Source: a virus
Taxonomy: Duplodnaviria > Caudoviricetes
Virus record (IMG/VR): IMGVR_UViG_3300029288_000100
Coordinates: 46,099 to 110,098 of that record
Length of the DNA: 64,000 nucleotides
Strand: one strand, 5' to 3'
The translations under genes were made by a program, and so were the position numbers. Each line of letters opens with the position of its first letter. Position 1 is the stretch's first letter. This document shows, one piece after another, positions 28,155 to 37,423 of the stretch. The notes under the pieces are model-generated. The model worked only from the letters and a program-made list of their open reading frames with translations, was not told where the DNA came from and searched no databases.

Positions 28155-29357
28155 TCAGTCGAGGCCGATGTTGATGCCCTTGACCGTCGCCGTGATCTCC
28201 TCGACCTGCACCCCGGGCTTGGTGGTTATCGCGAACTGGTTCACCCCCTTGAAGATCTCACGCCCAGTCTCGATCCGCACCTCCCGCGACAGGACGAAGA
28301 TGAGGTTCGACATCTCGGTCAGCGCGATCTGCGAGAGCGAGTTGTAGGTCACCTTCACCGTTGCGCCAGCGTTGAGGGCCCCACCGCCGATCGTGGTGAT
28401 GGTCCCGAGGATGCGGTTCACGTTGTAGTCGACGCCCTCGACGTAGGGGGTCGTCGGGATCTTGCCGAGGGTCGACGGGCAGAGGATGACCGTCGCGCCG
28501 ATCGGCTTGTAGCGGAGCGCCATGGTGGCCGGTGCGGCGCCGAAGACCAGGTGCTCGGTGACGAGCGGCTCGGAGTCGAGCATCGGCACCGGGACCATGG
28601 GGATCCCGAAGACCGGGATCTTCGCGTCGCCGGTCACCGCGGCGTCACCGCCGGGCGTCGCGCGGGCGCCGAACTTCTCGCGCCAGGTCTGCTCGAGGTC
28701 CATCGAGACGAGCCAGCGCAGGTTCCGGCGCGTGCGGCGGAACTTGATGGGAAGCCTCTTCAGCATCTTGCTGAAGATCTGGAGGGAGACGTTCGCGCCC
28801 TCGGCGTCATAGACGTTCCCCGCGTCGAGCAGGCGCAGCCAGCCGTTGAACCTGGCCAGCAGGCTGTCCTGGATGACCTGGGTGGTGCTCCCACCATCGT
28901 AGAAGAAGTTCTCGAGGCGGGCGGGCCCGAGCAGATCGCCGTTGATGGCGAGCTCCTCGGTGTCGTTCGCCGCATGGGTGGCCATCATTCGGATGACGTG
29001 GTCCTCGACGTCCTCACCCTCGATGTTGCTCTCCCCGAACTCGTCGGAGATCTCGAAGGGGGTCATCAGGGTCACGGTGTTGAGCACCACCTGCGACGTG
29101 TTGACGCCGGCGCGGAAGCCCGGGTCGCGCGCCTCCTCCTTCGGGACGGTCACGCGGCGCCCGACACCGATCTTGTCGACGTTCTTCGACTGACCGTCGA
29201 TCTTGACCATGCGGACGGAACCTTTGAGCTCCGTCACGTCGATCTCGTAGTCCAGGAACTGGTTCGACTGCTCGGCGTTGAGCAGCCCGCCGCCTGCGAG
29301 CTGGGACGCGGTGGCGATCGCCTTCTGGTAGTACTGCAGCAGCTCCTCGTTGGTCAT
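28155..29357 (-). CDS. Major capsid protein (PBSX XkdG-like HK97 fold)
   Basis: GGLLNAEQSNQF, ESNIEG, ANDTEELAINGD, FNGWL motifs; AGGAGG RBS. Confidence 0.93.
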   Translation of the reverse strand: MTNEELLQYYQKAIATASQLAGGGLLNAEQSNQFLDYEIDVTELKGSVRMVKIDGQSKNVDKIGVGRRVTVPKEEARDPGFRAGVNTSQVVLNTVTLMTPFEISDEFGESNIEGEDVEDHVIRMMATHAANDTEELAINGDLLGPARLENFFYDGGSTTQVIQDSLLARFNGWLRLLDAGNVYDAEGANVSLQIFSKMLKRLPIKFRRTRRNLRWLVSMDLEQTWREKFGARATPGGDAAVTGDAKIPVFGIPMVPVPMLDSEPLVTEHLVFGAAPATMALRYKPIGATVILCPSTLGKIPTTPYVEGVDYNVNRILGTITTIGGGALNAGATVKVTYNSLSQIALTEMSNLIFVLSREVRIETGREIFKGVNQFAITTKPGVQVEEITATVKGINIGLD

Positions 29358-29442
29358 GACTCTTTCCTCCTGCTGATCGCTCGCCTCCCGGAGAGCGGTT
29401 CGTGGCGCGGCGGTTCGGCCGCTGGTTCCTCCGTCGGCGCGC

Positions 29443-30957
29443 CTAGGAGGTCTTGCCCTTGTCCTTGCCGTACCGCAGCCCGACCGCCGTCCCCGCCCAC
29501 TTGCTCACGGGCGCCGGGGGCGTCGTCGCCGAGGCGGTCTCGGGCGGCACCGACTGCCCCTGCGCCGCCGCGCGGGTGACCGCCGCCTGCTCGAGGGCCT
29601 TGTTCGCCTTCTCGAGCTCCTCCCTGGTCTTCACCAGCTCATCCCCCTGCGACTTCGTCGTCTCCTCCAGGGTCGCGAGCCGCTTGGACACCTCGTCGCC
29701 CGGCTTCACCGGCTCGGGCGCGGGCTGCGGCTGCGGCGGCTGCGCCGCTCCCCGCTCGACTGCCACGAGGATCCGCTCGACCTTGCCCTCGAGGTTGGTC
29801 AGGCGGTCCTCGGTGGTGATCGGCGGTGTGGCCGCGGGGGTGGGCGCCGGTGCCGGCGCGGGGGGGACCGACGCGGTGGTCTGCGCGGGCTGCGGCGGCG
29901 CGGCCCCCGGCTCCGGGTTCTGGGTGGTGCCTTCCTTCTTCGTGCTCATTCTCTCGTCTCCTTGCTGTGACGTTCCTTCCGGAACCGGTTTGCGCTTCGT
30001 GATGAACCAGACCTCCTCGTTCGCCGCGGCGTCGACGAGGCTCACCTCTTCGACGCGGAGCTGGACGAAGCGCTCCTTCGCCTCGTCGCCCTCCGCCTTC
30101 GCGATGTACTCGTCGAGCGCGCGCTTCTGCGCCTGAGTCCAGCCGCGGTCCGTGACGAGCACGCGGCGACCGCCGCGCATCTCGGTGAGGGGGACCTTCT
30201 TCGCGTACCCACCGATCGAGAGCCCGGTGATCTCCCCGCGACGGATCTTCCCGACCAGCTCCTCGTCGTCTGTGAAGAGCTGCTGGTACCAGGTGCCCTT
30301 GGTGATCAGCTTCGTCGCGCCGTCAGGGAGCGGAAACTCGATGTCCACCGGCGCGATTACGTTCTGGAGGATCTTCACCTTCTCGGTGATCGCCTGCGCG
30401 TGCATGAGCCCGATCGTCTGGAACTCGCGCATGAAGAGGTCGTTCGCCTGCTCGATCTCCTCGGCGGAGATGACCGTCCCCTCGGCGTCCGGCACCTCCG
30501 GCTTGGAGACGATCCCGTAGACGCGAACCTCCTTCTCCGGGTCCGAGGTATCTCCTTCCGCCGCCTTGGAGATGAAGATCTCACCCGACCAGTGGAGCGC
30601 GGTTTCCTCGGGCTGCGCTGGGGGAGCAGGTGGTGCAGCGTCTTCCCTCTGCACTTTGGCGATCAGGTCGCCCACCTCCGCGGTGATCGCACCGGTGAGC
30701 TCCACCTCGTGAAGACTCCCGGATGCGAACTCGCGGGCCCGGCGCACCTGGAGCGTGAAGTGGTCACGGAGCGAGACCGGCTCTACGCTCAGGTCGAAGC
30801 CGTGGTTGCGCGCCCAGGCCTTTGCCGCTGCCGCGGTCTTGAACACGTCGCGGCTCAGCTTGAGTCGCCGCACCTGCGTCGGTGACATCCCGAACTGGAG
30901 CAGCAGCGCCGCCCCGCGCGCGATCGACTCCGCCTTCTTTTTCGCGTCCATCGCCAT
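29443..30957 (-). CDS. Prohead protease (XkdF-like) with C-terminal scaffold
   Basis: VYGIV..P..PD.EG, GLMH, GEITGLSIGG, EEVSLVDAAAN; Pro-rich coiled-coil tail. Confidence 0.9.
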   Translation of the reverse strand: MAMDAKKKAESIARGAALLLQFGMSPTQVRRLKLSRDVFKTAAAAKAWARNHGFDLSVEPVSLRDHFTLQVRRAREFASGSLHEVELTGAITAEVGDLIAKVQREDAAPPAPPAQPEETALHWSGEIFISKAAEGDTSDPEKEVRVYGIVSKPEVPDAEGTVISAEEIEQANDLFMREFQTIGLMHAQAITEKVKILQNVIAPVDIEFPLPDGATKLITKGTWYQQLFTDDEELVGKIRRGEITGLSIGGYAKKVPLTEMRGGRRVLVTDRGWTQAQKRALDEYIAKAEGDEAKERFVQLRVEEVSLVDAAANEEVWFITKRKPVPEGTSQQGDERMSTKKEGTTQNPEPGAAPPQPAQTTASVPPAPAPAPTPAATPPITTEDRLTNLEGKVERILVAVERGAAQPPQPQPAPEPVKPGDEVSKRLATLEETTKSQGDELVKTREELEKANKALEQAAVTRAAAQGQSVPPETASATTPPAPVSKWAGTAVGLRYGKDKGKTS

Positions 30958-30961
30958 CTGT

Positions 30962-31987
30962 CTACTCCTCGACGATCACGGAGCGGCAGCGACCGTGCAG
31001 CGGTGGCACCGCCATTCCAGCCAGCTCCAGGTTTCGGTTCTGCTCAGCGCGCTCGCCGCTCCCGGCGACCCGCTGCAGCTCTTCCAGCGTTCGCCAGCCC
31101 GCGATCTGCTTGAACTCCTCCGGGTCGCGGGCGGCGAGTGCGCGCTCCTCGGCGGCGAGCGCCGCCTCGACGGTGAAGATTCGCCCGTCGAGGAAAAGGC
31201 AAATCTTTGTAGTCCTTTCGTCGTTCACCGCCTCGAAGCGATACCGCTCGATCCGGGCCTCGACGAACGCGTGGAGTGCCCCGGAGTTACTTGCACGTGA
31301 CCGGACCTCGCCGGCGACGAGCTCGAAGTAACTCCGGGGTGACCCGCGGTAGGTGTTGGGGACCTGCGCCGCTGGGAATTCGCCCTTCACCACACCGCGT
31401 AGGATCTGCCCGACATCATCTCGCCCGAGCCCTCCGGAGACCGCTTCGCGGGCTACAGTCGCCGAAATCACGCGACTGAGCTGCTGCGACCAGAAGCCCC
31501 CGATCCACCAGAGCTGCTGCCCGGACATCGCGTCGATCGCGCCGCGGTCAACGAGGGTGAGCGTGCCTGAGACCTTCCGCCCGGAGGGGGCGCCCGACGT
31601 TCGGAGACGCGCGCGCACTGCCCGGCGCCCAAGGAGCAGCAGCGCCGCAGCAGCGCCAGCGACCAGCGCGAGGAACCGCTCGCCGGGATCCGGGAGCCGC
31701 TCCCCTACCTTGCGCAGCGCGGTGTCCACCTGCTCGGGAGCGACGTCTGTCTCCGGCAGGTCGTCCAGGACCTCATCCGCGGCGGCAAGCACGTCCTCCA
31801 CGTAGCGGTCGTGCACCTCGCGCGCGAGCTTCCGCTCTGTCGCGGACGTCCGGGTCGGAGCCTTCACGATCTCCTCGCCGCCGGCCTCCCGGCCGACCGC
31901 ATCCGCGAGCGCGAGGAGCTCCTCGTCAGGGAGCGCCTTCAGCACCTCCGGTGTGCACGCTGCTGCGATGCGCTGCACGTCGATCAC
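30962..31987 (-). CDS. Minor head / head morphogenesis protein (Mu gpF / SPP1 gp7)
   Basis: AVNDERTTKICLFLDG and PPLHGRCRS. Confidence 0.92.
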   Translation of the reverse strand: MIDVQRIAAACTPEVLKALPDEELLALADAVGREAGGEEIVKAPTRTSATERKLAREVHDRYVEDVLAAADEVLDDLPETDVAPEQVDTALRKVGERLPDPGERFLALVAGAAAALLLLGRRAVRARLRTSGAPSGRKVSGTLTLVDRGAIDAMSGQQLWWIGGFWSQQLSRVISATVAREAVSGGLGRDDVGQILRGVVKGEFPAAQVPNTYRGSPRSYFELVAGEVRSRASNSGALHAFVEARIERYRFEAVNDERTTKICLFLDGRIFTVEAALAAEERALAARDPEEFKQIAGWRTLEELQRVAGSGERAEQNRNLELAGMAVPPLHGRCRSVIVEE

Positions 31988-33993
31988 GCCGCGTCCTCTC
32001 CCTCGTCCTGGTCCAACAGGAAGTCGCCCATGGCCTCCGGCACGAACCCACCGAACCGCCGCGCGACCTCTTCGCGGAGCATGCGCGCGAGCTCCTGGAC
32101 GGCGTCCCCACCGGCAGGTTCACTCGCACGATCCCTGGGTGTGCCTCCACCAACCTGCAGCCCGGCCCGACCTTGGGATGTCGGCTCCCCACCCCCCGGC
32201 GCTTCAGTCGAGCTGCCCTGCTTCATGATCTGGGCGAGGGTGAGCGAGAACGGCTGGTCAGGCGGGAGCAGATCCGCGTCCACCTCACCGAGGTCGCGGT
32301 TGACGACGAGCGCCATGAGCTGGCGTGCGATCCGCGGCGTCAGCCCGCCCGTCTTCTCCGCCATGTTGAGGAGCCGCACGAGCTCCGCGTTCTCTGTGAC
32401 GTTCGGCGAGAGCGAGCGGAAGGTGCTCCAGACGATCCCCAGGCGGAGCAGCACGTCGCATGTCCAGAAGCGGTCCACGCGCTGCCGCTCCGGCCCGAAG
32501 ACCTGTTCATCAGCGAGCTTGCGGGAGGCCTCGATCGTCTTGCCTGACCAATCCGAACTCCACCCTACGAATACGGGCGGAAATCGCCAGGCGCGGCGCA
32601 CGCGCTCGTCGTTGTTCTTCTGGTACTCGACGAAGAGCGCGTCCGTGTGCTGCTCGCGTGTGAGCGCCTTGATCTCGATGCGCATGCTGCCCGGGTCACG
32701 GACCGCTTCCTGGATCGGCTCCGCCTCGAGCAGGAGGAACTTGGAGTAGTTGTCGTCCCCCGCGATCGTCGACTCGACGAACTCCTGGATGCGCTCCGCG
32801 GACTCGTCGGTGAGCTGGCCGTTCGTGACCGTGATGGCCATCGACGGGATGTTGTTGTTCTTGAAGGTCGTGTAGTTGATCTCGTCCGCCGCACGGGAGC
32901 CGAAGATCGCGAAGAGGTGCCCGTTGTAGCGCGGCAGGCCGTAGGGGCTACGCGTGCAGTAGAGCCGGAGGTGCCGGACCGCGTTCGCAGCCAGGCGGAC
33001 CGGGAAGCCCACCAGCCCCTCGCGGATGACCACCCGGTCCCCGTCAAGTGTGAAGCGCGGCTCCGCTGCCTCGCTCTTCTCGAGCAGGCGGTCCCGTCGG
33101 ACCACCGAGCCGTCGCGGCAGTCGACAACCCGCGGGTCCCCGAGCTCCTTGAACCAGCGGGTACTGGTACCGACGATTTGGACGTAGGGGCGGAACCGCT
33201 TGAACCGCCGCTGCTCGCGGAGCTCGTAGTGCACATCCTCCACCACGCGGCGCTTCCGGACCTGGGCCAGAACCTCGCTGTCCGGCTCCGCGTCTACCTC
33301 CCGGAGCTGGGTAGTCTTCACGACGCGCGGCTCGAGGTACTCGGTCGGTTCTGCGTCGAGCTTCCCCAGCCGCATGGTCCAGGACGGCAGGTGGTTGAGG
33401 CCATCGAGCTCACCGGAGCCCGGCGTCTCGAGGAACTCCACGTAGGCGTTGCCGGTCGCCTCGAGATCGCGCCGGAGCCGGTCGCGCAGGTCCTCGAAGG
33501 CCCCCTCTGGTGTCGCGTTGTTGAAGAAGTTCTCGGCGACGTCTCGTTCCCGGGCGAGCGCCTTCAGCACCTCCCGCCGGGTGTCCTCGGAGAGCGCCAC
33601 GCGCGGCTCGAGCCGCCACCCGAATCCCTCGACGTTGACCGCCATCGCGTCGATACAAGGCCCGAGCTCGGTGCTGTTCTCCTGCTGCACCGCGAGGGTC
33701 AGCAGATCGTAGGGCGGCGGCACCGTCCGCCCCGCGCGCTCGAGCCCGAGGAACGGGTCCGCGGCGAGCTGCTGGCTCACCCCCGCGCTGGTGCCCTTCG
33801 TCCGGGTCGCCTCGAGCTCCGCGCGCCGCACGCGAGTGAGCCCGAGGACCGTGGCCACAAGCGCGTTGCGGTTGCGCTTGTGGACCTCGGCTACCCCCGG
33901 GTTGTCCGCGTACTTCGTGCGGATGTCCACCTCCGCGAGGGGGCGCTGGGCGCCCTCAGTCGACTTCGTGGGGGTGGTCTTGCGCGTGCTCAT
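31984..33993 (-). CDS. Portal protein (PBSX family)
   Basis: PPPYD, DLEATGNAYVE, SPYGLPRY, FKNNNIP, DALFVEY..RRAWRFPP. Confidence 0.93.
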   Translation of the reverse strand: MSTRKTTPTKSTEGAQRPLAEVDIRTKYADNPGVAEVHKRNRNALVATVLGLTRVRRAELEATRTKGTSAGVSQQLAADPFLGLERAGRTVPPPYDLLTLAVQQENSTELGPCIDAMAVNVEGFGWRLEPRVALSEDTRREVLKALARERDVAENFFNNATPEGAFEDLRDRLRRDLEATGNAYVEFLETPGSGELDGLNHLPSWTMRLGKLDAEPTEYLEPRVVKTTQLREVDAEPDSEVLAQVRKRRVVEDVHYELREQRRFKRFRPYVQIVGTSTRWFKELGDPRVVDCRDGSVVRRDRLLEKSEAAEPRFTLDGDRVVIREGLVGFPVRLAANAVRHLRLYCTRSPYGLPRYNGHLFAIFGSRAADEINYTTFKNNNIPSMAITVTNGQLTDESAERIQEFVESTIAGDDNYSKFLLLEAEPIQEAVRDPGSMRIEIKALTREQHTDALFVEYQKNNDERVRRAWRFPPVFVGWSSDWSGKTIEASRKLADEQVFGPERQRVDRFWTCDVLLRLGIVWSTFRSLSPNVTENAELVRLLNMAEKTGGLTPRIARQLMALVVNRDLGEVDADLLPPDQPFSLTLAQIMKQGSSTEAPGGGEPTSQGRAGLQVGGGTPRDRASEPAGGDAVQELARMLREEVARRFGGFVPEAMGDFLLDQDEGEDAA

Positions 33994-33996
33994 GGC

Positions 33997-34407
33997 CTAC
34001 CTGGTGCGCAGGCGAGGCGGCAGCACGTCGGCCCAGCGCGACTTGCTGACCCGGTCGAGGTCCAGGAACTGCCCGGGATCACTCTTGGCGAGCTTCTCGG
34101 CGCCCCCGCCCTCGCCCCCGCCCTCGCCGGCTATCGGCACGAACGCCACCCGCACCTCGACCGGCTCGGCGAAGGTGAACTCCCCCTTCGCGTCCCGCGT
34201 GAAGTCCGCCCGGAAAAGGCGCCCCGTGTTCATGTCCTGCACGATCACGTGGTCCTCGTAGATGCCCTGCAGCCACGCATCGAGCGACCCGTCCGCGAGC
34301 ACGATCCGGTTGGTCTGCACCGCCTGCTGCAGGGCGGAGACGAACTGCCAGAGCTCCTCGCCCTCCCGGAGCTGCATCTTGCGGACGTGCACGAAGTGCT
34401 TGCTCAT
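33997..34407 (-). CDS. Hypothetical phage protein
   Basis: MSKHFVHV start after AAGGAAG; lies between terminase and portal. Confidence 0.7.
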   Translation of the reverse strand: MSKHFVHVRKMQLREGEELWQFVSALQQAVQTNRIVLADGSLDAWLQGIYEDHVIVQDMNTGRLFRADFTRDAKGEFTFAEPVEVRVAFVPIAGEGGGEGGGAEKLAKSDPGQFLDLDRVSKSRWADVLPPRLRTR

Positions 34408-34421
34408 GACGTTTCTTCCTT

Positions 34422-35930
34422 TCACGCGGCGTGGAGCGCGTTGCGCCTGGCACCGAAGAGACCCACCTTGTTCTTTCGCTTGCGGCGCGCGCCGAAGACC
34501 GTGCCGAGCGCGACCGCGAGGTCGAGCGCGTCGAAGGCGTCGTCGAACTTCCCCCTCGGGAACGCGAGGAGCTGGTCCTCGAGCTTCTGGGCGCCCCTTC
34601 GGGGGTGCCAGATGCGGCCGTTCTCGTACCGGGCAGAGAGCTTCCACGCCCGGGTGACCTTGTCCTTCATCGTGGGGACTGGAACGCAGCGGTCCCCAAT
34701 GCGCTCACCGAGCGCCATGTAGACGGCGTACAAGCGTGACTTCTGGAACGCGTTCGACTCGATCCCGAAGCGGATGGGGTCCCACTCGTCGAAGATGAAC
34801 TTCGCCCGCGCGATCTGCTGGTCGTAGGGGATGTGCATGTGGAAGATCGCGAGGAGGTAGATGTCGAGCGCGTCATAGCCGCGGCGGTCGTCGATCCCGA
34901 TCACCGCGTCCGCGTACTCGTCGCCCTGCTCGCTCTCCCCGATCGCCAGATCACAGCCGGCCCAGACCTTGAGTTCCTTGGCCTTGACCAGGGCCTTCGG
35001 CGCCTCGTCGTAGTGCTGGAACATCTCGTCGCGGAAGATGCTCCCCTTCATGCGCTTGGTGCTCTGCTGGTACTGGGAGTCGAAGTTCGCGCTCCCCATC
35101 GACACGCGAAGCGCCCGGAGGTCCTCGGTGGGCGCCATCTCCTCGCAGACCGAGACGCCCTCTGGATCGATCTCACCGGTCTCCGGGTTGACGAGCGCCG
35201 GCACCTCGCAGATGTTGCCCTTGAACTTTGGGTCGTTCTCTTCGCAGTGGTGGAAAAGATCCTCGGGGTTGTAGCGCGTACCGACGAGATCGAGCTCGCC
35301 GGGTGTGTTGTCGTCCCGGACCATCATCAGCGCGGGCACGAGCGTCTTGTAGAAGAACGTCACCAACCGCTCACGCTCGCCCTCAGCGCGGGAGTTCTTC
35401 TCGTCGATGAGGTCGTCTGCTTTGACGTGGTCGAAGTGCTTGGAGGTCACGGCGCCGTCCGCGCCGGTCGCCATCCACGTCGGTTCCTTGAAGGAGCGCG
35501 TGCGCGTCTTGATGGTTGCTTCGCCTGTGCCCCACTTCGATCCCTTGAGGTCCCCGAAGAGCTCGAGGAAGCGCTCCACCTCGAACGCCCCTTGGACCTC
35601 AGTCAGGATGTCCTTTGCCTGGTCGCGAGTACGGGACCCGATGAGGATGCGAACGTTCGGCTGGACGAGCGGCAGGAGCACCGAGTCGGTGACCGTGAGG
35701 ATCGTCGACTTTCCAAAGCCGCGGGGGGCGAGGTACATCCGCCACGGGCCCGGCAGTGCGCGTTTCGCCTGGATGAGGAGCCAGTGGAAAGGAAGGATCT
35801 GGTAGCCGATCACCCGCGCGAGCACATCGAGGCGCCGATCCTCCAGGATCAGCTTGCGCTGGAGCGCCGCCTTCGCGTTGTAGAGGCGGTCCAGCTCGAG
35901 CTGCAGTTCCTGGGCGGACGGTGCGTGCAT
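34422..35930 (-). CDS. Terminase large subunit
   Basis: Walker A APRGFGKST, Walker B-like KADDL, GTRY, SQYQQ, GCDLA, DDAFDA nuclease motifs. Confidence 0.95.
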   Translation of the reverse strand: MHAPSAQELQLELDRLYNAKAALQRKLILEDRRLDVLARVIGYQILPFHWLLIQAKRALPGPWRMYLAPRGFGKSTILTVTDSVLLPLVQPNVRILIGSRTRDQAKDILTEVQGAFEVERFLELFGDLKGSKWGTGEATIKTRTRSFKEPTWMATGADGAVTSKHFDHVKADDLIDEKNSRAEGERERLVTFFYKTLVPALMMVRDDNTPGELDLVGTRYNPEDLFHHCEENDPKFKGNICEVPALVNPETGEIDPEGVSVCEEMAPTEDLRALRVSMGSANFDSQYQQSTKRMKGSIFRDEMFQHYDEAPKALVKAKELKVWAGCDLAIGESEQGDEYADAVIGIDDRRGYDALDIYLLAIFHMHIPYDQQIARAKFIFDEWDPIRFGIESNAFQKSRLYAVYMALGERIGDRCVPVPTMKDKVTRAWKLSARYENGRIWHPRRGAQKLEDQLLAFPRGKFDDAFDALDLAVALGTVFGARRKRKNKVGLFGARRNALHAA

Positions 35931-36015
35931 CTGCGTTCACACCAGCACGGGTGCGAGCGCGATCCCAAACAGGATGAGCGGGGGACTGGGTGGTGAAGAT
36001 CCTGGAACTTCAGCG

Positions 36016-36702
36016 TTATGGCGTCCGCCGGAGTTCAGGCAGGGCCCGGCGGATGCTGCTCGCGGAGATTGCAGCGGACACGCTCGCGGACCCGCGTACA
36101 ACGATCCCAACCAGTCGCCCACGGCGGTCGACAAGCGGCGCCCCGCTCCAGCCGGGCTCGAGCGGGTGCCCGATGAGCGTCACCGAGTGGTCCGGGGTAT
36201 ACGAGACGACGGACGCGACTGCGGCACCGAACGTGTCTTGCGGCGCACCGACCAGGAGCACTGGCTCACCGTAGGCGGCGTCATCTGAGGCGAGCGGTAA
36301 CCAGTCGGGTGTTCCACTCCCCTCATCAAGCCGCAGGAGTGCCAGGTCACGTGTCACATCCTCGCGCAGGGGACCCTGGGCAGATGCCATCCCGGAGAGC
36401 GACTTGACCACACGTGCCCAGTGCCTCGAACCGTTGTGCAGCTCGATGGTCAGTCCACCACCACCCTTCAGCGCGTGCCCCACCGTGAGTATCTCCCGGC
36501 TCGAGATGAACACCCCACAGCCGACCGCCCCACCTGGAACCCATCGAGCTGGACCTTCACGGAGGGCCACCGTGGCCCTCCGGGCGATTTCGGCCATCTC
36601 CTGTGTCACCGGTGCCCGGTGACACGCCGGCAGCAACCACGCGATCGTGAGGATCAGTGTCAGTTGGGTGCGCATCAGACCAGGTCCTCTCATGCCCGAC
36701 AC
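36016..36702 (-). CDS. Trypsin-like serine protease, probable lipoprotein
   Basis: Triad motifs LTVGH, DLALL, PGWSGAP; lipobox LLPAC. Confidence 0.85.
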   Translation of the reverse strand: MSGMRGPGLMRTQLTLILTIAWLLPACHRAPVTQEMAEIARRATVALREGPARWVPGGAVGCGVFISSREILTVGHALKGGGGLTIELHNGSRHWARVVKSLSGMASAQGPLREDVTRDLALLRLDEGSGTPDWLPLASDDAAYGEPVLLVGAPQDTFGAAVASVVSYTPDHSVTLIGHPLEPGWSGAPLVDRRGRLVGIVVRGSASVSAAISASSIRRALPELRRTP

Positions 36703-36703
36703 A

Positions 36704-36997
36704 TCAGCGGCGACAGACCCCAGATTCAGGGCACGGCGACACCCCGTTGACCTGCACGCCGACGTAGAAGGTCCTGTTGAGCGGGTTCGGGATCCGCGAG
36801 ATCAGCACCGTGTCGAACCCGGTCGGCCACGGTCTCCGGTACTGCGCGGCCGCAGTCTCGAGCCACCGGTCAAGGTCGATCGCCCGCGGGGCCAGAGATC
36901 CGGTGAGAAGGGGTCGCATTTCTGTGTGCTGATGGACGGCGAGCAGCAAACCCCCCACGATCAGCAACCAGACGATCACTCCGAAGATCCTCTTCAT
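36704..36997 (-). CDS. Small membrane-anchored protein
   Basis: MKRIFGVIVWLLIVGGLLLA; AGGAGG RBS. Confidence 0.65.
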   Translation of the reverse strand: MKRIFGVIVWLLIVGGLLLAVHQHTEMRPLLTGSLAPRAIDLDRWLETAAAQYRRPWPTGFDTVLISRIPNPLNRTFYVGVQVNGVSPCPESGVCRR

Positions 36998-37016
36998 GCG
37001 GTCCTCCTGCCGAACT

Positions 37017-37421
37017 TCATTGCGCGTCCTCACACCGGACCACCTCCGCGGAGCGCCGGCACCGCAGCTCCACCGATCGCCCGACCTCGCCAACGAAGGC
37101 GGTCCAGGTGTCTTCCCCCGGGCGCCGCTCCAGCTCGACGGTGAGCACCCCGGCCCTGTTGGAGCGGATCTGCAGCCGCGGTGACCGCTTCGTTGGCTCC
37201 GTCACGAGGCGCAGGCGTAGTGGTTGCGCGCTCCGGAAGTCCGTCTCGGAGGTGCGACGACGCAGCTCGAAGCCGCCCACGGACTGCGTGACCCCCAGGG
37301 TTCCGGGCTCGTCGCGGATCAGGCGGTAGCTGAAGTCGAGGGTGAGCGTCACCCGGTTCGGTCCGGGCTCTGCCGGACACCCGATCGCGAGCAGTGCGGT
37401 CACCACCACCAGGTACCGCAC
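37017..37421 (-). CDS. Putative lipoprotein
   Basis: VRYLVVVTALLAIGC lipobox. Confidence 0.65.
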   Translation of the reverse strand: MRYLVVVTALLAIGCPAEPGPNRVTLTLDFSYRLIRDEPGTLGVTQSVGGFELRRRTSETDFRSAQPLRLRLVTEPTKRSPRLQIRSNRAGVLTVELERRPGEDTWTAFVGEVGRSVELRCRRSAEVVRCEDAQ

Positions 37422-37423
37422 GG

